DNA of 64,000 nucleotides from NCBI RefSeq assembly GCF_988242995.1, contig NZ_OZ547043.1; one strand, 5' to 3'. Shown piece by piece: positions 52,230 to 62,883 of this stretch (position 1 is its first letter; each line of letters starts with the position of its first letter). The notes under the pieces were generated by a model. It saw only the letters and a program-made list of their open reading frames with translations, ran no database searches and was not told where the DNA came from. The position numbers and the translations under genes were made by a program.

Positions 52230-52900
52230 TATTTTTTTACCGCTACGAACGAATATCCCATCCCACGGATTGTGGCAATTAGCTTTTCAGGAAAAGGATC
52301 ATCAACTTTTGCGCGGAGCCTGCGAATGGCGACGTCCACCGTATTGGTATCACTATCAAAGTTGATTCCCCAAATTTCACTCGCAATAACCGTTCTGGGT
52401 ATAATTTCGCCAGCTCTGGAGGCCAGTAGCCAAAGTAACTGAAACTCCTTGCGCGTCAGTGTAATACTGATATTGTCCCTGCTCACACTTTGACTAACAG
52501 AGTCCATTCTTAAGCCGCTGATTTCCAATGTTGAATTCAAAGCGTGATGTTGCCTTAATTGTGCCCGAACCCTTGCCAGCAACTCAGAAAATGAAAAAGG
52601 TTTTACCAGATAATCATTTGCCCCACTGTCCAGCCCTCTGACTCTGTCATCGACAGAATCCCTTGCAGTAAGGCAAATAACAGGGGTTTGCTTTGCTGTT
52701 CTTAACGTTTGTAAGATCTGCCAGCCATCCATACCCGGAAGCATAATATCCAGAATGATCAATGCATAATCATCCTTCAGCGCAAGATAAAGCCCATCTC
52801 TGCCATCAGAAACGGCATCAATGACATAACCCGCTTCGGAAAGCCCCTGCGTTACCCACTCCTGGGTCCTTTGATTATCTTCAATAAGTAAAATCTTCAT
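52229..52900 (-). CDS. hprR: OmpR-family response regulator HprR (YedW)
   Basis: ORF track 52229..53011; start moved to MKILLIEDNQRTQEWV (receiver domain start). Confidence 0.9.
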   Translation of the reverse strand: MKILLIEDNQRTQEWVTQGLSEAGYVIDAVSDGRDGLYLALKDDYALIILDIMLPGMDGWQILQTLRTAKQTPVICLTARDSVDDRVRGLDSGANDYLVKPFSFSELLARVRAQLRQHHALNSTLEISGLRMDSVSQSVSRDNISITLTRKEFQLLWLLASRAGEIIPRTVIASEIWGINFDSDTNTVDVAIRRLRAKVDDPFPEKLIATIRGMGYSFVAVKK

Positions 52901-53032
52901 GAAAATAATATGCCATAAATCATATGTTATAGAAACAGCCTGGTTCATTACAAAATTGTAATGCTGCTGTAAGGTTACCCTGGACGCTTTTTCGCTATCC
53001 TCAAAACTCATTCACATGACAAGGATATAAAC

Positions 53033-53446
53033 ATGTTAAAGCGTTATTTAGTACTCTCCGTAGTAACGGCTGCATTTTCATTACCTTCTTTGGTCTATGC
53101 TGCACAACAAAACATTCTTAGCGTGCACATTTTGAACCAGCAAACAGGAAAACCCGCTGCCGACGTGACAGTCACTCTTGAAAAGAAAGCGGACAACGGC
53201 TGGTTACAACTTAATACCGCCAAAACAGATAAGGATGGACGAATTAAGGCACTGTGGCCCGAGCAAACTGAAACTACGGGCGATTACCGTGTCGTATTTA
53301 AAACCGGGGACTATTTCAAGAAACAAAATCTTGAAAGTTTCTTCCCTGAGATCCCCGTTGAATTTCATATTAATAAAGTGAACGAGCATTATCATGTGCC
53401 TTTATTACTTAGCCAATATGGGTATTCAACCTATCGTGGCAGTTAA
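53033..53446 (+). CDS. hiuH: 5-hydroxyisourate hydrolase (transthyretin-like)
   Basis: 137-aa ORF with signal peptide and C-terminal YRGS; recognised YedX/HiuH. Confidence 0.9.
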   Translation: MLKRYLVLSVVTAAFSLPSLVYAAQQNILSVHILNQQTGKPAADVTVTLEKKADNGWLQLNTAKTDKDGRIKALWPEQTETTGDYRVVFKTGDYFKKQNLESFFPEIPVEFHINKVNEHYHVPLLLSQYGYSTYRGS

Positions 53447-53548
53447 TGCATAAATATGTAAAAGCAGATCTCTGCTACTGTTAGGGAGGACACTCCCTGA
53501 CAGATTAACAGTAAACGGCTCTTGCTGGCTAACGACAAAAAAGTGTGA

Positions 53549-54559
<1,011 letters not shown>

Positions 54560-55195
54560 ATGCGTCTGACAGTAAAACAGGTGACATGGCTGAAAGTTTG
54601 CCTGCATCTTGCCGGATTGTTGCCGTTTCTCTGGCTGGTCTGGGCGATCAATCACGGTGGACTGGGTGCCGATCCGGTGAAAGATATTCAGCATTTTACC
54701 GGTCGCACTGCACTGAAATTTTTGCTGGCGACCTTGTTAATCACACCTCTGGCACGCTACGCAAAACAGCCGTTATTGATACGCACTCGCCGCCTGTTAG
54801 GCTTATGGTGCTTTGCCTGGGCGACACTGCATTTAACCAGTTACGCATTGCTGGAGCTGGGCGTGAATAATCTGGCGTTATTAGGCAAGGAGTTAATTAC
54901 CCGGCCTTATTTAACGTTAGGAATTATCAGCTGGGTTATTTTGCTTGCTTTAGCGTTTACTTCAACCCAGGCGATGCAGCGAAAACTCGGCAAGCACTGG
55001 CAACAGTTGCATAACTTCGTCTATCTTGTCGCGATCCTGGCCCCAATACATTATTTGTGGTCAGTGAAGATTATTTCACCGCAGCCACTCATCTACGCTG
55101 GGCTGGCGGTACTGCTTTTAGCCTTACGGTATAAGAAGTTGCTTTCCTTTTTCAACCGGTTACGCAAGCAGGTTCACAACAAATTATCTCTATAA
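54560..55195 (+). CDS. msrQ: methionine sulfoxide reductase heme-binding membrane subunit
   Basis: 211-aa membrane ORF directly downstream of msrP; recognised YedZ/MsrQ. Confidence 0.9.
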
Positions 55196-55227
55196 CTTCA
55201 TATTGCCGACAAAGTACGCGTTATCCC

Positions 55228-55263
55228 TGCCGGATGCGGCGCGAGCGCCCTATCCGGCCTACG
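55228..55263. repeat. REP element (gccggatgcggcgcgagcgccctatccggcctac)
   Basis: Canonical REP palindromic unit read directly downstream of msrQ. Confidence 0.7.
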
Positions 55264-55430
55264 CAGATCACATCAGGTTATGTTTCGTTTGTCATCAACC
55301 TCAAATTATCAACATAATTCATTTTATTTCAATAAGATAGATAAGTACACCTGAGAAAACTATGCTCTCATCTCCTAAGAGTTGTTGCATTTTGTAATAT
55401 GTTACAATATAACATTACACATCATATACA

Positions 55431-56102
55431 ATGACTCTGGAGGAAACTGTTTTGGCGATTCGTCTTCACAAACTGGCTGTTGCTTTAGGTGTCTTTATTG
55501 TTAGCGCTCCTGCCTTTTCGCATGGTCATCACTCACACGGCAAACCCTTAACAGAGGTCGAACAAAAAGCTGCTAATGGTGTTTTTGATGATGCCAATGT
55601 ACAAAACCGAACGCTCAGTGACTGGGATGGAGTCTGGCAATCCGTTTATCCTTTACTGCAAAGTGGCAAACTTGACCCCGTCTTTCAGAAGAAAGCGGAT
55701 GCAGATAAAACTAAAACATTTGCTGAAATTAAAGATTATTATCACAAAGGTTATGCAACAGATATCGAGATGATTGGCATTGAGGACGGCATTGTTGAAT
55801 TCCATAGAAATAATGAAACAACATCCTGTAAATATGATTACGATGGATACAAAATACTCACCTATAAATCAGGCAAGAAAGGCGTTCGTTACTTATTCGA
55901 ATGTAAAGATCCTGAAAGCAAAGCCCCTAAATATATACAATTTAGCGATCATATAATTGCACCACGAAAATCATCTCATTTTCACATTTTTATGGGTAAT
56001 GATTCACAGCAATCTTTATTAAATGAAATGGAAAACTGGCCAACGTATTATCCATATCAGTTGAGTAGTGAAGAAGTGGTCGAGGAAATGATGTCTCATT
56101 GA
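55431..56102 (+). CDS. zinT: periplasmic zinc/cadmium-binding protein ZinT (start uncertain)
   Basis: 223-aa ORF with His-rich HGHHSHGKP motif; recognised YodA/ZinT. Confidence 0.9.
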   Translation: MTLEETVLAIRLHKLAVALGVFIVSAPAFSHGHHSHGKPLTEVEQKAANGVFDDANVQNRTLSDWDGVWQSVYPLLQSGKLDPVFQKKADADKTKTFAEIKDYYHKGYATDIEMIGIEDGIVEFHRNNETTSCKYDYDGYKILTYKSGKKGVRYLFECKDPESKAPKYIQFSDHIIAPRKSSHFHIFMGNDSQQSLLNEMENWPTYYPYQLSSEEVVEEMMSH

Positions 56103-56444
56103 GTATTCTCATGATAACGCCTCGATGCCGCTTTAGTAAGTCATCATAACTGCCACTGGTCCATCCACAAACGCCACTGAACGCAAGCTAACTACAGACA
56201 CGCTCATCACTATGACGTGTCTGTATATTAATAAGCTAACCCGCATTGAGTTAACCAATAACGGATTCCATACACAATACGGCCAACAGAGAAAGATACC
56301 TGTGCTCACGCCATTGCTTATATTGGCTGGTTACAATGTGCACTATCAATTTTTTAAATAACAAATTCTTAAAACCACATCTGTATAAGGAATTTTTAAG
56401 GTTCGTGGGATAGCTTGACTGTGAAAATTACAGGAGCTACAAAA

Positions 56445-56975
56445 ATGAACCGATTCTCAAAAACTCAAATTTATTTACATTGGATAACGCTGCTTTTCGT
56501 TGCAATAACCTATGCCGCGATGGAACTCCGTGGCTGGTTTCCTAAAGGTAGTAGTACTTATCTGCTGATGCGAGAAACACATTACAATGCGGGTATATTC
56601 GTTTGGGTGTTAATGTTTTCACGCCTGATTATAAAACACCGTTATAGTGATCCTTCTATTGTGCCACCGCCACCTGCCTGGCAAATGAAAGCGGCTTCGC
56701 TAATGCACATCATGCTTTATATAACCTTCCTTGCACTTCCTCTGCTGGGGATTGCTTTGATGGCTTACAGTGGAAAATCGTGGAGTTTCCTTGGTTTCAA
56801 TGTGTCTCCCTTTGTTACCCCAAACAGCGAAATTAAAGCACTGATAAAAAATATTCACGAAACCTGGGCAAATATAGGCTACTTTTTAATCGCAGCTCAC
56901 GCTGGCGCAGCACTCTTTCATCACTACATTCAGAAAGATAATACTCTGTTACGAATGATGCCTCGCCGCAAATAA
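56445..56975 (+). CDS. yodB: cytochrome b561-family membrane protein YodB
   Basis: ORF track 56415..56975; start moved to MNRFSKTQIYLHWITLLF. Confidence 0.85.
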   Translation: MNRFSKTQIYLHWITLLFVAITYAAMELRGWFPKGSSTYLLMRETHYNAGIFVWVLMFSRLIIKHRYSDPSIVPPPPAWQMKAASLMHIMLYITFLALPLLGIALMAYSGKSWSFLGFNVSPFVTPNSEIKALIKNIHETWANIGYFLIAAHAGAALFHHYIQKDNTLLRMMPRRK

Positions 56976-57544
56976 GTCGATCCCCTGACAAGGAAATGTG
57001 CACTATGGACATCAACGCGTCATAAATGTTTACGCAAGTGCACAATGCACCCTTTCCACTATCAACAAGGAGGAGCAGAAACTGTGTAAATCGTACAATG
57101 GTAAGACTTATCAAAAATACAGGTTAATTTTGGTATTTAAACCTTTTTTACTTGTTAGTATGATACAAAGGCTTTCAAAAAAGCTGGGAAATTCAACAAC
57201 TCTTGGAAATTATGGACTTTGTCCCGCGGCTTTAATCTGACGGCCGCGTTCCTTTTTTGACTCAATTATTGACCCCTTCTCTACGCAACTTCAGTTCCCA
57301 CCACCAACTTTGCGGCAGTTTCATAGGATGAATGTCTAAAAGAATAATGGTGAGCGATAAGAAAACGACTGAATAACTGCACATTTTCGCTCGAAAGCTT
57401 CCTGTCAGATCCATAGCGAATCAAGTGCTGAATGTCACAGTATCGAACAGAAAACAGTGACGATCTAACCCTTCAAGAATATTCTACGATTGTTCTGTTT
57501 AGGAAAAGCAAGGCGGGAAGTCGGGAGATAAGTCATTGATAAAG

Positions 57545-57634
57545 TGGCGGAGAGAGGGGGATTTGAACCCCCGGTAGAGTTGCCCCTACTCCGGTTTTCG
57601 AGACCGGTCCGTTCAGCCGCTCCGGCATCTCTCC
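57545..57634 (-). tRNA. serU: tRNA-Ser (CGA)
   Basis: Reverse complement matches GGAGAGATGCCGGAGCGGCTGAACGGACCGGTCTCGAAAACCGG...CTCTCTCCGCCA (90 nt). Confidence 0.9.
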
Positions 57635-57727
57635 GTTCAGATGGTTGCCATGATGCCAGGAAATTTGGCATTTTAACAGTCCCTGTCCGTGCAATTTTGT
57701 TCAAGTGACGAGTTTGCGAGCAAAACG

Positions 57728-58525
57728 ATGATTAAGTGGCCCTGGAAAGTACAAGAATCAGCACATCAAACTGCCCTTCCCTGGCAGGAAGCACTATCGA
57801 TCCCCCTTTTAACGTGTCTGACGGAACAGGAACAAAGCAAATTAGTCACTCTTGCCGAACGTTTTTTACAGCAAAAGCGGCTTGTTCCTTTACAGGGCTT
57901 TGAACTGGATTCATTAAGAAGCTGCCGGATAGCACTTCTATTTTGCCTACCCGTTCTGGAGTTAGGACTGGAATGGCTGGATGGTTTTCATGAAGTCTTA
58001 ATTTATCCTGCGCCATTTGTGGTCGATGATGAATGGGAAGACGATATCGGTCTGGTGCATAACCAACGTATTGTTCAGTCAGGTCAGAGCTGGCAGCAAG
58101 GGCCTATCGTTTTGAACTGGTTGGATATACAAGATTCTTTTGATGCTTCTGGTTTTAACCTGATTATTCATGAAGTCGCTCATAAGCTGGACACCCGTAA
58201 CGGCGATCGCGCCAGCGGAGTTCCCTTTATTCCGTTGCGTGAGGTTGCTGGCTGGGAACACGATCTTCATGCTGCAATGAACAACATTCAGGAAGAAATC
58301 GAATTGGTTGGCGAGAATGCGGCGAGCATTGATGCTTATGCTGCCAGTGATCCTGCTGAATGTTTTGCCGTACTTTCTGAATATTTCTTTAGCGCCCCAG
58401 AACTTTTTGCTCCTCGTTTCCCTTCATTGTGGCAACGTTTCTGCCAATTTTATCAACAAGATCCTTTGCAGAGACTGCATCGCGCTAATGATACAGATTC
58501 GTTTTCGGCGACGAATGTTCATTAA
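57728..58525 (+). CDS. mtfA: Mlc titration factor A (zinc-dependent peptidase family)
   Basis: ORF track 57689..58525; start moved to [19 protein letters not shown] motif present. Confidence 0.9.
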   Translation: MIKWPWKVQESAHQTALPWQEALSIPLLTCLTEQEQSKLVTLAERFLQQKRLVPLQGFELDSLRSCRIALLFCLPVLELGLEWLDGFHEVLIYPAPFVVDDEWEDDIGLVHNQRIVQSGQSWQQGPIVLNWLDIQDSFDASGFNLIIHEVAHKLDTRNGDRASGVPFIPLREVAGWEHDLHAAMNNIQEEIELVGENAASIDAYAASDPAECFAVLSEYFFSAPELFAPRFPSLWQRFCQFYQQDPLQRLHRANDTDSFSATNVH

Positions 58526-58625
58526 TTAACAACTTTGCAGATTAATTAACCAATTGAAATGACTTATGAAATTTAGTGTTGACAGACAAGGTACCGCTAA
58601 GTAATATGCGCCCCGTTCACACGAT

Positions 58626-58701
58626 TCCTCTGTAGTTCAGTCGGTAGAACGGCGGACTGTTAATCCGTATGTCACTGGTTCGAGTCCAGTCAGAGGAGCC
58701 A
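58626..58701 (+). tRNA. asnT: tRNA-Asn (GUU)
   Basis: Matches TCCTCTGTAGTTCAGTCGGTAGAACGGCGGACTGTTAATCCGTATGTCACTGGTTCGAGTCCAGTCAGAGGAGCCA (76 nt). Confidence 0.9.
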
Positions 58702-58863
58702 GATTCAAGTTTTCATGCTTATCTGTACGTTTATATTTGTTTACGATTCAGTAAGTTAGCGTGAAAATCCTTGCCGGTGCGTATCTGGTTTTATCTCCGC
58801 ATCGGGATAATTTGGTGGTCAGATCTGGGGTCAGTTTGGTTCGATTCTGGAGTGACCCCCAAA

Positions 58864-59743
58864 ATGTCTTTAAACGATTCTAAAATCCGCAAGTTAAAAT
58901 CTTCTTCCCGTCCGGTAAAACTCTCCGACTCTCACGGTCTGTATCTGCTCGTCAATCCGGGCGGTTCGCGCATCTGGTATCTCAAATATCGTTTCAACGG
59001 AAAAGAATCCAGAGTCAGTCTTGGCGCATACCCGCTGGTCTCACTGGCAGAAGCCAGGCAACAGCGCGACGGTATCCGCAAGTTACTGGCGCAGAATATC
59101 AACCCGGCGCAGCAGCGCATGGCAGAGAAAGCCGCCTGCTCCCCTGAAAAGTGCTTTAAAGCGGTGGCGCTGGCCTGGCACAAAACCAACAAAAAATGGT
59201 CGGCTGATTATGCCGCCCGTATTCTCGCCAGTATGGAAAACCATATCTTCCCGGCGGTTGGTCATTTGCCCGTTGCCAAACTTAAAACGCAGGATTTCAC
59301 TGCCCTGCTGAGGGTTATTGAGGATAAGGGCTTTCTGGAAGTCGCGTCCCGCACGCGGCAGCAACTCAGCAACATCATGCGCTATGCCGTATAGCAGGGG
59401 CTTACCGAAAGCAATCCGGCGCAGCATCTGGATGGCGTTGTCTCCTCCCCCGTAAAGAATCACTACCCCGCGTTACCGCTGGAGCGGTTGTCCGAACTGC
59501 TTGGCCGCATCGGTGACTATCAGCAGGGCCGGGAGTTAACCCGGCTGGCGGAGGTGCTGACACTGCACCTGTTCATCCGTTCCAGCGAACTGCGTTTCGC
59601 CCGCTGGAGCGAGATCGATTTCAGGCACAAAATCTGGACCATCCCCGCCACCCGCGAGGCCATCGACAAAGTTCGGTTTTCGGGGCGTGGCGCAAAAATG
59701 CGTACTCCGCATATCGTACCGCTCTCCCGCCAGGCGATTGCCC
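58864..59743 (+). pseudogene. P4-family tyrosine integrase, disrupted (in-frame TAG at 59392-59394; 3' part replaced by IS1)
   Basis: N-terminus MSLNDSKIRKLKSSSRPVKLSDSHGLYLLVNPGGSRIWYLKYRFNGKESRVSLGAYPLVSLAEARQQRD is a typical P4-like integrase arm-binding region; the same frame continues after the amber codon (ORFs 58771..59394 and 59488..59748) and runs into the IS1 end. Confidence 0.8.
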
Positions 59744-59758
59744 GGTAATGACTCCAAC

Positions 59759-60262
59759 TTATTGATAGTGTTTTATGTTCAGATAATGCCCGATGACTTT
59801 GTCATGCAGCTCCACCGATTTTGAGAACGACAGCGACTTCCGTCCCAGCCGTGCCAGGTGCTGCCTCAGATTCAGGTTATGCCGCTCAATTCGCTGCGTA
59901 TATCGCTTGCTGATTACGTGCAGCTTTCCCTTCAGGCGGGATTCATACAGCGGCCAGCCATCCGTCATCCATATCACCACGTCAAAGGGTGACAGCAGGC
60001 TCATAAGACGCCCCAGCGTCGCCATAGTACGTTCACCGAATACGTGCGCAACAACCGTCTTCCGGAGACTGTCATACGCGTAAAACAGCCAGCGCTGGCG
60101 CGATTTAGCCCCGACATAGCCCCACTGTTCGTCCATTTCCGCGCAGACGATGACGTCACTGCCCGGCTGTATGCGCGAGGTTACCGACTGCGGCCTGAGT
60201 TTTTTAAGTGACGTAAAATCGTGTTGAGGCCAACGCCCATAATGCGGGCTGTTGCCCGGCAT
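59759..60262 (-). CDS. insB: IS1 transposase InsB (expressed as InsAB' by -1 frameshift)
   Basis: 167-aa ORF recognised as IS1 InsB. Confidence 0.9.
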
Positions 60263-60456
60263 CCAACGCCATTCATGGCCATATCAATGATTTTCTGGTG
60301 CGTACCGGGTTGAGAAGCGGTGTAAGTGAACTGCAGTTGCCATGTTTTACGGCAGTGAGAGCAGAGATAGCGCTGATGTCCGGCGGTGCTTTTGCCGTTA
60401 CGCACCACCCCGTCAGTAGCTGAACAGGAGGGACAGCTGATAGAAACAGAAGCCAC
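60181..60456 (-). CDS. insA: IS1 protein InsA
   Basis: 91-aa [46 protein letters not shown]... recognised as InsA. Confidence 0.9.
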
Positions 60457-60511
60457 TGGAGCACCTCAAAAACACCATCATACACTAAATCAGTAAGTTG
60501 GCAGCATCACC

Positions 60512-61268
60512 GAAAATTAGCGCAATTGATTACAGTCAAAATATCAACGGTGATTACAAAGCCACCATTACAGGCGGCGGAGAGGGTATCGCAACGCTGA
60601 TCCCTGTATTGAATGGTGTTCATCAAGCTGGTCTGAGTACCACAATACAATTCACTCGCGCAGAAGACAAAATAATGAGCGGTACAGTATCAGTCAATGG
60701 TACTGACCTACCGACAACTACATTCCCTTCGCAGGGGTTCACCGGGGCGTATTATCAGTTGAATAATGACAACTTTGCCCCAGGAAAAACGGCGGCTGAT
60801 TATGAGTTTTCAAGCTCTGCCTCCTGGGTCGATGTTGATGCTACCGGTAAAGTGACATTTAAAAATGTCGGCAGCAATTGGGAAAGGATTACGGCGACGC
60901 CAAAATCAGGAGGCCCTAGCTATGTATACGAAATCCGTGTGAAGAGTTGGTGGGTGAACTCCGGCGATGCTTTCATGATATACAGCCTTGCTGAAAATTT
61001 TTGCAGTAGCAATGGCTACACACTTCCCCGTGCAGACCATTTAAACCATAGTCGTTCCCGAGGCATCGGGTCACTGTACAGTGAATGGGGAGATATGGGG
61101 CATTACACGACTGAAGCTGGTTTTCAATCAAATATGTATTGGTCATCTAGTCCCGCAAACTCAAGCGAACAATACGTAGTTTCCCTGGCAACAGGTGATC
61201 AAAGCGTATTTGAAAAGCTTGGGTTTGCTTATGCGACATGTTATAAAACCTGTGATTTTCCGTTATAA
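60512..61268 (+). pseudogene. C-terminal fragment of an invasin/intimin-family (YeeJ-like inverse autotransporter) adhesin, 5'-truncated by IS1
   Basis: Frame is open from inside IS1 with no plausible start; the sequence has an Ig-like/Big segment then a lectin-like C-terminal region (...WWVNSGDAFMIYSLAENFCSSNGYTLPRADHL...ATCYKTC) resembling invasin/intimin distal domains; followed by a terminator. Confidence 0.55.
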
Positions 61269-61275
61269 TTTCTTA

Positions 61276-61306
61276 AAGAGTGCTCCATTCGGAGCACTCT
61301 TTTTTA
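61276..61306 (+). terminator. rho-independent terminator after the adhesin fragment
   Basis: aagagtgctcc-attc-ggagcactctt followed by ttttt. Confidence 0.6.
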
Positions 61307-61516
61307 CATTCCCTCTATAGAGCTTGCCCTTCTCTCACAGAAAATGAATAAATAAAACTGCTGCACCGCAAGAATCGCGTTCGATGTGACTATGATCGTA
61401 TCCGGTGAGTACAGCTTTGATCCAAAGGCTGGTTTTCTGTGATGATTGACCAGCCTCAGAGTATTGATGACACCACCGTTCATAACAGATCGGCATTACT
61501 ATGCATAAGTACTGTC

Positions 61517-62569
61517 TCATATTCTCGCCAAAACACTTTTTAATGCCTTTGCGAATTCATCCAGACTTATATTGTCAATTTTTTGCCCAACGACGACTGA
61601 CTCCGAAACATCGGCCATTGCGGGCCATCGCGTTTTGTAATCAGCATAAATTGCAACAACGGGAGTATTATAGGCACTTGCCATATGTAATATTGAGGTG
61701 TCAGGAGTTATTGCGATATAAGCATCTTTTATGATTGCTGCTGAACGTTTAATCGAGGGTGATAAGGATAAACGGTAGACATTATTATAACAATCCACTA
61801 ATACCCTGGCTTTATCTTCCCCTTTTGGTCCATGAACGATCACTATTGGTATATCTGTTTCACTTTGAATTTTTGCTATTAGATTTTCTGCAATCGATAA
61901 TGAAAATGTACGTTCCTGCGAGCTACCTTCTAAATTGAACGCAATGTAAGATCCTAACGATCGCATTTCCTCGCGCACCTCATCGAGTACATCCTCACTT
62001 AGTGGCAATTCATATATTGGCCTGACTGCTGGAAAACCCGCCTCACGCATCATAAATGCCCATGTCATAGGTACGGGAGCCCGGAGTTTCTGATCCATAC
62101 GGGACGCGTTCTTGCACAAAGGGGAGTAGCAATTCATGGTTATACCAACAACCTGAAAATTCGTTTTTGCTTTCAACTGACTGATAAATAACATCGTTTT
62201 CAGGTTCTTTTTACGCATCGCCTCTATACAAAGATCCGGCGTACCGTATTGCTGTGTTATGTTCTTCGCTAAATCTTTTATTTCTTTTAATGTTGCGTGA
62301 TCCTGCATAGTCATTGTGACTAATGTTAATTTAGTCTTTTCAAGTTTAAGTGCATTAAACACTTCTAAATTAATTGTCGACGTAACAATTAAAAGATGCT
62401 TAATTTTATGCAATTCAAGCGCCCGAATAACAGGAAAGATGGCCATAGCATCGCCAATCTGGTCGGGAATATGGATAACAACAAACTCTGTTTTTTCAAT
62501 ATTAAAATTATAAGCTTTATAATCGTAGTAACTAAATGCAATACGTCTCAACAATGATGCTAAAAACAT
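61517..62569 (-). CDS. yeeL: glycosyltransferase family 9 (heptosyltransferase-like) protein, YeeL-type, apparently intact
   Basis: ORF track 61517..62632; start moved to MFLASLLRR, which has a GGGAGG RBS 12 nt upstream; uninterrupted frame. Confidence 0.7.
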   Translation of the reverse strand: MFLASLLRRIAFSYYDYKAYNFNIEKTEFVVIHIPDQIGDAMAIFPVIRALELHKIKHLLIVTSTINLEVFNALKLEKTKLTLVTMTMQDHATLKEIKDLAKNITQQYGTPDLCIEAMRKKNLKTMLFISQLKAKTNFQVVGITMNCYSPLCKNASRMDQKLRAPVPMTWAFMMREAGFPAVRPIYELPLSEDVLDEVREEMRSLGSYIAFNLEGSSQERTFSLSIAENLIAKIQSETDIPIVIVHGPKGEDKARVLVDCYNNVYRLSLSPSIKRSAAIIKDAYIAITPDTSILHMASAYNTPVVAIYADYKTRWPAMADVSESVVVGQKIDNISLDEFAKALKSVLARI

Positions 62570-62883
62570 ACCTAACCTCGCCTCCCTACTGGTTATAATG
62601 CATTGCAGTCTATCAGACTCATCATGGCGCAATTTTGTGCATATGCGGACTTTTATGTTTCATATCTCGAACCTGTGGGTCCTCTGCTTAATCCTTAAAC
62701 AACACCAGCAACTCCTGCGCTTTCATCTTCCAGCGAATTTTTCATGTTGCCGTTAATCGGCCATAAAATCATTTGCAGATGCGCTCTGTCGAGGTAGTCT
62801 CATAAGGTTCGTTTATAGATCGACGGCAATGTGAGTTACCTTTTCCATACTAATTATAAAAAGACAGTACAAACAGGATCATT

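Larger units (their letters stand above)
59744..60511 (-). mobile_element. IS1 insertion sequence (768 bp), complete
   Basis: Terminal repeats ggtaatgactccaacttattgat (59744-) and atcagtaagttggcagcatcacc (-60511); encodes InsA and InsB. Confidence 0.9.

Noticed and set aside
56998-57240. 80-aa ORF downstream of yodB
   Set aside because: No RBS, Cys/Lys-rich low-complexity translation, no recognisable family; kept only as an intergenic hairpin observation.
58771-61300. Possibility of an intact prophage or pathogenicity island at asnT
   Set aside because: The integrase is a pseudogene truncated by IS1, and core genes (yeeL, shiA) follow within about 1 kb; only an island remnant is present in this window.
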